Positions 25,253 through 36,470 of a stretch of 64,000 nt of DNA are shown here, in pieces (within the stretch, counting starts at the first letter, position 1; each line of letters starts with the position of its first letter). The position numbers and the translations under genes are program-made. This DNA is from Raja brachyura. Taxonomy: Eukaryota. Location: NCBI GenBank assembly GCA_963514005.1, contig OY740790.1, positions 38,068,001-38,132,000 on the forward strand. Direction: 5' to 3'. Below the pieces are notes generated by a model that saw only the letters and a program-made list of their open reading frames with translations, did not search any database and had not been told where the DNA came from.

Positions 25253-25404
25253 AACTTAAATAGTTCATATGCACTTTGACATTACAGAAAGGATAAAATG
25301 TACTGTGCAAATGCTCCTGTTCTTTAGATGTTCACAGGGCAGCAGAGATATCAGGTGCTACATTCGACCCACTATATATATTTTTAACTAATGGTCATGA
25401 CCAA

Positions 25405-25523
25405 ACATTGGATAGGACAGGTTTGGAGGGATATGGGCCAAACGCGGGCAGGTGGGACTAGTATAACTGGGACATGTGGGCCGAAGGACCGGTTTCCACA
25501 CTATCACTCTATGACTCCATGAC
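25405..25523 (+). mobile_element. CR1/HER1 3' tail
   Basis: ggagggatatgggccaaacgcgggcaggtgggactag..gggccgaaggaccggtttcc..ctctatgactc. Confidence 0.85.
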
Positions 25524-26694
25524 AGCCTCAATAATCTAATGCCTGTTTCGTCCCATTACCCACCCCATCAACCTCTGATTACAGAATGGGGCAAAGGCTG
25601 GGTGAACTCCACCCTGGATTCAAAACATTCTCTGACTAACCACCAGCAGTTGGCACATTTTTTGATGGTAAATTTATATCCAAAAAGAAAAGAATGCCAA
25701 GCAGGTCAGGAGTATTCTGGTAACTCCACGATATATTACATGTTATCAGCTGTCGCCACTCTCTCCCTAGGACTTCAACCTCTCCTCATGCTTCCTGGGA
25801 TTTTCCTGCAAATGGGCCAGCTGCCTGTAATGGCACAAGAGAAATGAACAGCTCGACCATTTATTACTAATGAGGCTCTTGGTTCACTTTGGACCATATT
25901 CAAGTCTTTTCCCAGTCGGTGAAATACTGACGAAATACTATCATAATGTGAGATGCCTAACTTGAGTTACAGTGTTACAGTTGGCTGCATGCTTGGTTTT
26001 GCCAAACTTTAAAGATTTCCTGATGCTGTTTGATCAAGGACATTAACTTGTCCTGGTGGCTTGGAGATTCTTGATTTGTTGAAATATGAACTCATACTAT
26101 CCTTTATTTTTTCTAGATTGGGTTTACATTGGTTTTACATTCATTTTCATCTTTTAAATCAAGTAGCAGAGGGCTCTGAGGTATGGTGGTGCACAAGATA
26201 CAGTAGTTCTGTGTTTGAAAATGATTGCGGGATGATGATGTGTAGTTAACCTACGTTTGTTAGTTGCAAATGCAACACATGGCAATTTTGCACTGCTACC
26301 TATTAGAAACATTTTATTGTCTAACCGATGCTAGCCACACTATTGATTAGCTGACTGAATCAGCAAAGACAAATATCACACGTTGCTAACATCAGTGGAA
26401 GCTTGCATGCTACATCTAAAAACTAGTTTGAATCTCACAAAGGGGAGGTACGTTGTGGTTGGAGTAGTTATGCAGTCTGATATATGAAACAGTGAAGAAT
26501 GACATATTATGAGATAATGAGGGATCCTCAGATTTTCAATACTGCATCAGAAGGCATGTATGGAGGGAGATGTGCTTTTAAATCTGCAGGAACAGGAAAA
26601 CCCAGATTCACGCAAAAAGACACTTTGAATGAGGGCAGTATGGCTCATCTCCCGATATCTTGGATGTAATGCTACAAAATATTCAATAGCACCG

Positions 26695-26962
26695 TGCGGT
26701 GTATGTAATAGAAATGGTATTACCTGCCTCCAAGTTAAAGGGGGAGGAGTGCGGTGTATGTAATAGAAATGGTGTTACCTGCCTCCAAGTTAAAGGAAGA
26801 GGAGTGTTAGGTATGTGATATAATTAGCATATGTGATGTCTTGTGCAAGGACGCATGCGCAGGGGAGACTCAAGGTGGCGTCCTGGAATAAAGAAGCTTG
26901 TTAGTGTACTCCCGTGTCCAAGTGTTATTTTAAGTCTGTTCCAAGCACCCAAATGCACAACA
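26695..26962 (+). mobile_element. Probable solo LTR with internal 55-bp tandem duplication
   Basis: TG...CA ends with imperfect inverted termini (tgcggtgta/tgcacaaca), AATAAA at 26887, and degenerate 5-bp flanks caccg/catca. Confidence 0.55.
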
Positions 26963-27484
26963 CATCACATGAGAGGTCAAAGTGATGAATGCATCTATGT
27001 CCACACTGCAGTTACATAGCAGATCCTGCTCGATGCACCACATTCCATTCATCAAGATTTGTATCTAATGCCAATGTACTCTACTGCTCCCTCACATATT
27101 TACCACTGTAAGCCTGAATGAGTAAGCTTCATATCCATATCTCGGAGTTTGCATATCCTATGCTTTAGTCAAGCATGACTACCAGTGATTGTCGATTACG
27201 CATTAACACATAGAACAAGCAAGAGCTTGTGCTTATTTCTATGGAGAAGATAGAGAGATGCCAGCAACACTGATTCTGTGGTCTGGTGTGGAACCAAATC
27301 ACTTGAAAATGGCAGTGTCTTCCGACTTAACCCTCCTCGTTACACTTCATTTCCTCTTTGCCCGATGAACTCTTCAGATTCTTGCAGATGGGGTAAACCT
27401 GTAGGTCTCCTAACAGAATAATTGGTACTGACACTAGGAAATAGCCAGTGACTAATGTGTGGTTTTCTTTAATCTTTAAATAAA

Positions 27485-27578
27485 AAAACATAAAATGCTG
27501 GAAATACTCAATAAGTCAGGCAGCTTCTATGAATGAGATACTCAGTTAACTTTACTAGTGATGACCTTTCATCACAGT
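27485..27578 (-). mobile_element. Older Penelope-derived short element (CUGAUGA-type core, degenerate)
   Basis: aaatgctggaaatactcaataagtcaggcagc..gatgacctttcatcac. Confidence 0.65.
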
Positions 27579-27774
27579 CTTTGGTTTTACCTCTGGTTTG
27601 TCTTGTTGACTCGAATGGAAGCTACACAGGAATCTGCAACATCATACTACCAACAGGGTAACAGGCCTCGGGATGCAGATTTATTTATAGATAAACAGGC
27701 AACATAGGAGTCAAATCATTTTCCATTCTAGTACAGTGCAGACTTGCCTGGTAGCATCCTCAGAATGACAGACA

Positions 27775-27960
27775 AATTACTTTGTTATTATATGGTGCAA
27801 TGAAATTCCTCGTTCACATGAAGCTTACAGAGTAAAGGGTATATATACAGTAATGTAAAGATCTGAGTATACTATTGCAATGCTACGCTGTGGAGATGTC
27901 TATTATCATTGAAAAGCCTGTATGCCTGCGACAAGGAAAGAGTTCTACTTAAGCAGAGGA
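27775..27960 (-). mobile_element. Old Rex1-type 3' fragment
   Basis: gcaatgaaattcctcgttcacatgaagct resembles 4200-4230. Confidence 0.5.
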
Positions 27961-28119
27961 TGATCTCCGACAAGCAACGATGAATAGGAAATTGTGAAGT
28001 CTTGCATGGAATTCCAGGATCATTGGCAGTATGGGCCTTGCCATTATGACTGCAAATGTCAATGATAGATTTCAATGAAATTATCCATTTTCAAGCAAGG
28101 ATTTCTTATCCGACGAAAC

Positions 28120-28250
28120 AATTTGCAGGAAGAACTGTGGATCGAGCAGCATCTATGGGGGATGCTCACCACAGATGTTCCTCAACCTGCTGAGTGTTTC
28201 CAACAGATTGCTGTTTGCTCTAGATTCCAGCATCTGCAGTCTCTTGTGGC
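28120..28250. mobile_element. Degenerate inverted Penelope-derived short element
   Basis: gcagcatctatgggg..ccacagatg..cctgctgagtgtttcca..gattccagcatctgcagt. Confidence 0.6.
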
Positions 28251-28439
28251 TTGAAGGATGCCTTGTGCAATTTCCCCCAGAAGACACTTAACTTGAAAAC
28301 ATATCAAAAGCATGGAAACCCCTTGTAGAATTCAAGCAACATCAGGGAACAATCTGTTAATAGTTGGTGATGCCTTTTTAGTACTGCAGCTAGGGACCCA
28401 TCCTGGTTTACATTTGTTTCATAGAGGTAAAGTTAAAAG

Positions 28440-29870
28440 TTAAAGTTACCAGAAATCTGAAGTAAAAATAGAAATCTGTGGAAAGACTCAACAGGTCATG
28501 TAGCTTCAACAGAGAGAAGCTAAGTTAATGTTTTGGGCAATGTTCTGTCATTGGAAATGGGGAAAAAATAGAAATAAACCATTCTTTCAGATGCAAAAAA
28601 AAAAGTTGAAATGGAGCAGACAAAGGGGATGTACTATTTACGATCAGGTAGAGACCAAGGAAACTGAAATACATAAGTTGGAGTAAATATTTGAGTTGGA
28701 TGGCGAAGGCTTGGAAATTGGAGGAGATTTCTAGGAATGAAGAAAGAGAAAAGACAGAGAAGAATACAAATTGCTGGCAGTTGCTGGAAACCTGAAATAT
28801 TGCTCAGGAAAATGCTAGAAATACCCAGCAGATCCCACAGCAATGGTGGAGAGTCAATTTTACTGGTTGAAGATCAATCATTGGAATTGGTCGGTTTTGA
28901 TTCAAACTGGAAAGGCTGGTTTTCTGAAATTTATGAATTCAATTGTGAACCCTGAGGATTGAAACAGGCCGTCAGAATATGAGATAACATTCTTCAGTCT
29001 TATTTTTAGCTTTGTTGGAACAGGGAAAGATGGCAAAGACAGAGATTTCAGTCTGCTAATAGGATAGACAAATCTGAAGAAATAAATTCTTGCTGGAATC
29101 TTTCCCATCTCATGGCACCTTCCCATGTAGCTGCAGGGGATCCATCAGCTGCCTGGTGCCAAGTGAGGTTGAGATTCACTAATGATTCTTTCACTTTATT
29201 TTATTGTGTTCCATCGCTAATCTCTGTTGTATTCGATTGACCATAGCTTTTAGTTGCTTATCATTTTAATTCTCCATTCCACTCCCATTCTGAATTCCCC
29301 GACTTTGGCCTCTCATACAATTCCTGTAAAGTTTAATATGTCCTATTTTCTGTCTGTGCATACCAAACCCTCAGAATTACATATTGAATTCAACAGGTTA
29401 TAATAACCAGTCTTCCCATATTGTGTCACAGCTGATGTAATTCTGATGTAATGTTATCAACGTGTGACATGAATTCAGTTTTTTTTCTTATTACAGATGC
29501 TGCTTGACCTTCTAGGTCATACTAGCATCCGCTTTATTCCAGATTTCCATCAACTGCCATGTTCTGTATCCCAATCATCACTCCCTCTGTCCTCATCCAT
29601 TTTCCTTTACTGAAAACTCTTTCGGGCAGATCAGTCTTGTTTCACAGCTTCACACTTTCTCTCAGAAAGCACCAACTAATTGTAGACATTGCCTTTAATC
29701 TTCACATCACACCCCCTATTTTGCAAATTTAAACATGAGGAGTTTCAAACTTTTCCAGGTTTGATGAATGGTCATCAGCCTGAAATCTAATGTGCAGGAA
29801 GGAACTGCAGATGCAGGTCAAACAGCATCTGTGGAGCAAAATTCACAGTTTAGATTTCAGGCAGACAAAT
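28440..29870. mobile_element. Cluster of old Penelope-like remnants in inverted arrangement
   Basis: Plus strand 29250-29395 resembles the C-terminal HFNSP.HSH..LIF..P....IEF stretch. A minus-strand counterpart lies at 28920-29000. Terminal-repeat-like units face outwards (28450-28550, 28780-28885, 29440-29560, 29760-29862). Confidence 0.55.
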
Positions 29871-30329
29871 GCTGTGCATAAATTAACATCCTCTCTAATT
29901 TGACATCCAGTTTGAACTATCCCACGTGTGTGACTACGTTGTGAGTACCATTTTGCAGCTCAAAAGGGCATTTTTGCGATCCAAGAAAGGATGCATCGCC
30001 TCGTTCTCACCTGACAATTTAAAAAAAAACTTGTATGCTGAAAATGAATTGTCCACTTTGTTTTTCTTGGCTATTTCCTTACACTGTCACCATCACTTTC
30101 TCCTGCATGTGCTGCTAATTATTTCAGAATTTGATAATTTGCAGACTGGTTTCTACTGTTCAGATGCTGCAGCATGCAGCCCACTGCAGTGGAGCAGAGA
30201 AGGAAGAATGCAGAACTTTTCTCCTTAAACTCTAACATGCTCAATTTAGCCTGCAGGTGTTTAAAGAGAACGCACACAATGTGTAGATATTAGATTCCCA
30301 TGGCACGTAGAGAGGAAACCCATCATGTT

Positions 30330-30515
30330 CTTCCCAGTATATTGCCTAGCATTAACCCCTGACCAGCATCGGGGAAAGAAAATATCTGGGCATTATCATA
30401 TGGTTTGTGAAACTTGCTGTGTACAAATTGTTGCTTACATTACAACAGTGCATGTGTTTCAAAAAGCACTAAAGCAATTTGGATCAGATTATGAAATTGT
30501 ATATTGCAATATGTT
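30330..30515 (+). mobile_element. Deu-domain SINE remnant (SacSINE1/AmnSINE1-like)
   Basis: ctgggcattatcat..gtttgtgaaacttgctgtgtacaaattg..cttacattacaacagtg..ttcaaaa..taaagcaatttgg matches the recalled Deu domain and its 3' tail. Confidence 0.65.
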
Positions 30516-30695
30516 GAAAATTTTACTATTTGTCTCACTTTACAGTGACATTAAGGCCAGTGTTATCAGAAATTCTAAAACAAATTTTGCTTTTAATTTG
30601 AAAAAGGAAGTCAAACAGGTGTGAAGAGTTATTGCCACTTGCTGTTGCCAGGTTTGAACTGTTGTGAGAAGCTAATCTAATTTCCATCCTTCGTA

Positions 30696-31034
30696 AGGGC
30701 CTGTCCCACTTTCCCGAGTTATTCACGAATTCTCCCGAGTTTTCAAACTCGCAGAATGTTCATAACAAATCCGTAGGAGGCCGTAGGAGTCCGTGGATAT
30801 ATCGTAGCGGCTCGTTATGCCAGCCGTAGGTACTCGGGGTTATTTTTTCACTCGTGGACATTTTTCATCATGTTGAAAAAACATCCCGACTTACCTGATG
30901 CCCCGAATACCTACGGCTGGCATAATGAGCCACTACGATATATCCATGGACTCCTATGGACTCGTTACGAACATTCTGCGCGTTTGAAAACTCAAGAGAA
31001 TTCATGAATAACTCGGGAAAGTGGGACAGGCCCT
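30696..31034. mobile_element. PIF/Harbinger-type foldback MITE
   Basis: ~135-145-bp TIRs beginning agggcctgtcccactttcccgag. 3-bp flanks gta/tta. Central palindrome tttttcatcatgttgaaaaa. Confidence 0.88.
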
Positions 31035-31057
31035 TTACTTTTCTGCAGTGTAAAATT

Positions 31058-31806
31058 GACAAAGGACAAAGGACATTTATTGTCACATACACCAATAGGT
31101 GCAGTGAAATTTGAGTTACCATGCTGCACACAAATAAGATAAACACAACACTTTAGAATTTGACATAAACCATAAAAACATCCCCCCACAGCAGAATCAA
31201 CGTTTCCCACTGTGAGGGAAGGCACCAAGTTCAGTCCTCCTGCTCTGTTCACCCGTGGTCGGGGCCTATTGAGGACTCTGCAGTCGCCGCAGCGACGGCC
31301 CAATGTTTCAGGCCCTCGAACGGAAGAACACTCTCAGCGGCCCAGAGCCCCCAAATTGGCCACATCCTACCGGAGAACGCAGCTTTCGAAGTCCACAGGC
31401 CGAGCTGGGCGGAGATTCAACACTGGCGACCTCGGTGAGAGATCCCAGGCCCCGCGATGCCAAAGTCAGCGGCGCCAGCGGCTGGAAGCTCCCACCACCC
31501 TTGGCTGGGAGCTCCATCGACCACAGCTCCACGGTGTTCAAAGTCGGCAGTCCCAGTACTCCGGAGCTCCAACACGGCGATTCCCAGTACGGTATCGCTC
31601 GCTCCACGGTGGAATCCAGTGCTGCGCCGCTGCTGAATCTGAAGCTCTGGCTGGTCTCTGGCAGGAAAGGACGCGGCAATCCAGATGGTAGGCCGCAAGG
31701 CGCGGGCGAAGATGCGGCTTGGATAATAGTCGCATCCTCGACCAGGAAATGACTATAAAAAACAGTTTCCCCCTCCCACCCCTCACCCCACATAAAAAAG
31801 ACTAAA
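31058..31806 (-). mobile_element. GC/CpG-rich non-autonomous retroelement with Rex1-type 3' tail
   Basis: Tail gacaaaggacaaaggacatttattgtcacatacacc..gtgcagtgaaatt resembles the Rex1 tails at 4560 and 5300. GC-rich body without recognisable protein. Confidence 0.6.
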
Positions 31807-33439
31807 TTAGCCTTTAGTCTTTTATTAGTTTTATTGCTTTATTTCTTTATTATTTGTTTTGCCAGTTCTACGGAAGAAATAAAATTGATGGTTTACCCTC
31901 CTGGTTACACTCAATTCAAGTTGACCCAATACTTTCTTCTGTTTATCCTTTGTTTCAATGGTGATATGAAGCAAGAGTAGTGAATAGTAGCCTATCGGTT
32001 TTGTCAGCCTGAAACATTGAGAGAGCAAAATGAAGAAGAAAATAATGCCCCTATAAAGCTCTCGTTGTCTCCCTTCATCTCTGTGGGATTACTTGGTTAC
32101 CAGTAAATTAACTGATTTAAAACCAACCATCAGGAGATGCAGAACAGTGGCATGTTTCAATCTGTACTACTCTCTTTTAAGGACAACTTGGCCTCAGACT
32201 CATGCTTGTCAGTGTCAAGCCTCTTTACTACTCTCCTGGTAGTGTAAAAGCAGTGAGGCTCCATAGTGCTTAAAAATAATTAACTTTATAATGTCGGGGG
32301 AAAGGAGAGGCATTAAATTATGCTTTAGAATCAATACTTGATTCCCCACTGATATCTACATCGACAGATGTATTGTATTTAACTTAAAATACTATCTAAA
32401 AAATATGTTGTTCACACAATGATTTCTGTTCATAGTTTAGTTTCATTGTCTATCCTGATGAAAATCATTCAGCTGCAAGATCAGAATATGTAAATGATTA
32501 ATATCCAACTCTTCCATATATGATATCAGAAACTGAACATTTATCCTGGTATACCAACATTCAGGATAGCAGATGTGTCAAAAGTTGTTACTAAAAAGAA
32601 CATTAAATCCAAATGATTTACCCCGGCATAAATTCCCAGATTAAAACTGTACTAATGTAGTGTTACCAATTTTAATGAAAGTATTAACCTTGCTATCAAA
32701 ATAACACTAATTGAAAAACCTTGCTTTTTCGATTAATCCCGATGATTCAGGAAGCGTTGCAATTTAGTCGACTCATAAAGCAAACAAATCATCCTTTAAA
32801 TCATAATATTAAAAAAAACAAAATATGTTCTGAATTACTGCATATAATACTGCAGATATAATTCCCATTCATGAGGGAGTATCTCTTTAACAATATTTTT
32901 TGGCAACTACAGAAATGTCAACAAAACAGCTTTAAAAAAAGGCCCTAGATGCTTTTGCAGATAATACTTGTGATGTTTCATGGCTTGGCAATAATCATGA
33001 GTCTCCTTTGAGGCTTTCTGCCATAAACTATGAAGGGTTTGAGGTAGACTGCCAGAATGAGTCATTGCTTGCTTGTTTTTTTTAATATAATGTCACTCTG
33101 CCAAGGGCATGGACCCTTTCTATTTTCATTCTTTGTGGGCTTTCCTTCCCACAACAGTGTGGTTTTTCTTTAGCCAGCTGAATGCTTATTTCATGCTCGG
33201 TGCTATTTCTCCCAAATGAGCCTTCCACAATCAGCCCACATTTATTGTTATTGCATTTATCAAATGAGAAATTGCTTTGGAAAGATTAAAAGCAGAACTC
33301 ATAGTGGTTTGTTCTGGTACAAAGGTCATTGGTACCATCTCTGGTTAGTTTTGGAGTTTCTCATGTTTCTAATATTGTTTGTTGTCCTTTCATGTGATAT
33401 TTACCAGGAAGTGGGGCACCCTGGATGGTAATGAAATGT

Positions 33440-33677
33440 ATTTTTCACACAGAGAGTTGTGAGTCTGTGGAATTCTCTGCCTCAGAGGGCGGTGGAGGTT
33501 CTCTGGATACTTTCAAGAGAGAGCTTAATAGGGCTTTTAAAGATAGCGGAGTCAAGGGATATGGGGAGAAAGCAGGAACGGGGTACAGATTGGGGATGAT
33601 CAGCCATGATCACATTGAATGGCGGTGCTGGCTCAAAGGGCCGAATGGTCTACTCCTGCACCTATTGTCTATTGTAT
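33440..33677 (+). mobile_element. HER1/CR1 LINE 3' end
   Basis: tttttcacacagagagttgtgagtctgtggaattctctgcc..gatcagccatgatcacattgaatggcgg..ctcctgcacctattgtctattg. Confidence 0.92.
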
Positions 33678-34315
33678 CTTCATGATGCAACAGTGAATTT
33701 CCACAAATAAGTTTCAGGTTCTACTAAAATACTTCAAATACATCTTCTTTGATGCCTGGAATAAATTCCCTAGCACTAAGCTATTACAAATTCCCTTTGT
33801 TTAATAGTCAATGCAATTTTTAACTAAAAAGGTCTTGCTCTGTGAAAACAAATAATCCTCGATTTCAAAGCCGGAATTCATAATTCTCACCACAGTTGTA
33901 AATAAACAAATATTATTAATTTTTGAGTGGAAAGAATATTATTTTTCCATTTTGTACAGTAAGCCAAGTTTCACAAATTTTATTTATTTGCTAAGACCAT
34001 AGACATTTTGCATCTGTCTTTTTAACCCTTACATCTATTAAGTTCATCCTAGTGGATAAATGATGTAGTGCATTTCATCAATTTTTGTACAAATTCTCAG
34101 GATATTCTGTTCTCTATAGTTCCCCTCCAACTTTTTTTCTTAAGATATAATAATGATTGTGATTTGTGTGTACAGGGGTTAGATTGGAAATATAGTAAAT
34201 TGTGAAGATGGAACATTTTAATTATCTGGATAGATAGACAAAGCGAGGATCGTTATCCTGAAACGGGCGATTAGGATATTTTATACAGATACTAATGGTT
34301 ATTAAGGTAGAAGTG

Positions 34316-35105
34316 AGCCACACCAACTACCTTGAGCACACCCAGCTTGTCTCTTGCAAGGATCCCATCCTTGCACTGTATTCCCCAATTGCTGCAACCA
34401 AGATGATGCTTTCCACTCAAGGACATACCAAATGTGCTCTTTCTTTAGTAAACATGGCTTTCCCTCTGCTGTTTTTGATGGGGACCTCACCCATGTCTCC
34501 TCTGTGTCTTGCTGTTCTGCTCCCACTACCCCTACCCATAGACGGGGGGAAAAAAAAGAGTTTGTCTGGTGTTCACATTTCACCATACCAGCCTTCACAT
34601 CCAAACCATCATTCTCCGACATTTCTGCCACTTTCAACATGATCCCAACACCAGTCACATCCTCTAATCTCCACCTCTTTCTGCTTTCCACAAGACCAAT
34701 CTCTCTGCAACATCTTGGTTTGTCATTCCTTCTTACTCAACCCACCTCCTCCCCAGGCACTTTCCCTACACCTCCTCTCCCATTTCCATCCAGCGATCTC
34801 ATCAGTCCTTCCAGATGGGACAGACCTACATGTGCACCTCTTCTAAACTCATCTAATTCTCTTGGTGCTCCCAATGTACTCGCCTTTACATCGGCAAGAC
34901 CAAACGTAGATTAGTCTGTTTTGTTGAAAACTCGCACTCTGCCCATCAAGGCCTGCTGGATTGCTAATGATTTTAATTCACCTTCCCATTCTCATACCAC
35001 CTGTCTGTTCTGGGCCTCCTCCACTGCAGAGTGAACTGGAAAATCAGACCTTGATGATCAACTTGGGTATCACAATGCTATGAACATTGAATTCTCCAAT
35101 TAAGT
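34316..35105 (+). mobile_element. Penelope-like element remnant (RT C-terminus plus GIY-YIG endonuclease)
   Basis: Frames read SHTNYLE..SCKDPI, DDAFHSRT.QMCSFFSKHGFPS, WCSQCTRLYIGKTKRRL (YIG motif, ~34860-34915) and ..MNIEFS. Followed by a pyrimidine-rich tail to ~35400. Confidence 0.8.
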
Positions 35106-35594
35106 AATAACTGCAACTCCCCATTCACTTTCCCCTGGCCCCACTCTAGCCCTGCAGTGCACACATTTGTCCTGCCATCTCCCATATGTTAGTTACCATG
35201 CTCCTTTCTCCTCCTTCGTATGCTCATCTACCAAACCCAAGTCCCATATTTCCCTTTTGTACCGCTTTTTCATTTTCACTCTATGAAATTCCACCCATAT
35301 CCCCCACCCCCCAGTTTTACCTTTCATACCACCTGTCCTATCTTTATCTGACACCCTGTGTGTTGCCTCCTTTTCACCTCGAGCATTTGTCACTGTCTCC
35401 ACCTAGACTGAAAGCATTGTCAAGGATGACTGCCACCCTGGCTGTTCCCTTTTCTGTCTTCTACCACCTTGGAGGAGATGCCACAGCTAGAAAGTTCAGA
35501 TGTCCACACCATCTTCTTCTTCTCTAATATCAGACTCCTAAACTAATCATCTCTTTCACATGCCTTTCAGAAAGGTGCTCGTGGATGTATCTTT

Positions 35595-36200
35595 TATCAA
35601 AGGGCAAAGGTTTAGGGAAGACTTGGAAGATGTGGTGGTGATGTGGAGGAATATTTTCAAAAAGGTGTTTGAAGCCTGAGGGTGAGGGGGTATGGTGTAG
35701 CAGAGGCAGCTACTCGCACCAACACTTATGAAGTAATTAGATTAGCGTCAGGGCATAGAAGGCCACACACTGAGTGGGAAATATAATTAATGTAAATAGA
35801 AACTTGATGGCCAGTATGGCCCTTCAACACCTTTCTACTATAAGAATATAGGGAAAAAAAAACACAGAAATATAGGAGTATGCCACTGGGATCCTCTAGC
35901 CTGCTCCATCATTCAATATGATCATGGCTGATCTGACCCAGGATTCATCTTCACTCCTCTGCCAATTCTCCAATTTATTTTTAAATAATCTACTCCCTCT
36001 TTATATACCCCCTTTGAACCAGGAGATTCATCTGGTGGAAGAAGTTCTCACACACTTCAGTTTTAAATGATCACCCCCTAACTTGTAACTGTGTTCCCTC
36101 ATTCAAGATCTCCCCATTATTGAAAACATCATGGCATCGATCACGCATTTTCCCTTAAGAAACTTAAATCTTTCATAAGATAACCCTTAATTCCATTTGC
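35595..36200. mobile_element. Two old CR1 3' ends, tail-to-tail (35595-35840 +, 35860-36200 -)
   Basis: Degenerate CR1 tail motifs, e.g. ccatcattcaatatgatcatggctgatctg. Confidence 0.6.
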
Positions 36201-36361
36201 AAGACACAATTCAGGAAGGTGATGATGAAATACAGGCACTCCATCCACATCCCTAAACATTCATTCCCAGTGTAGAGCAGTATCTATTATCTTACGAATG
36301 CACAGCAATTTCATTCCTCAGCAGCCGTACCTCCTAATTGTGTAGACTCTGCCACCAACCA

Positions 36362-36470
36362 GGTGTCAGGTGTTATGGGGAGAAGGCAGGAGAATGGGGA
36401 AAGATAAATCAGCCTTGATTGAATGGTGGAGTAGAATTGAATGGCATAATTTGACTTCTATCACTTATGA
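36362..36470 (+). mobile_element. HER1/CR1 3' tail fragment
   Basis: ttatggggagaaggcaggagaatgggg..atcagccttgattgaatggtggagtaga. Confidence 0.8.

Noticed and set aside
27310-27321. tggcagtgtctt, the start of miR-34a
   Set aside because: Only 12 nt match and no hairpin is evident. The same word also occurs inside CR1 at ~40209.
31212-31793. Five overlapping ORFs of 82-161 aa
   Set aside because: Open in several frames on both strands because the GC-rich repeat lacks stops. No recognisable domain.
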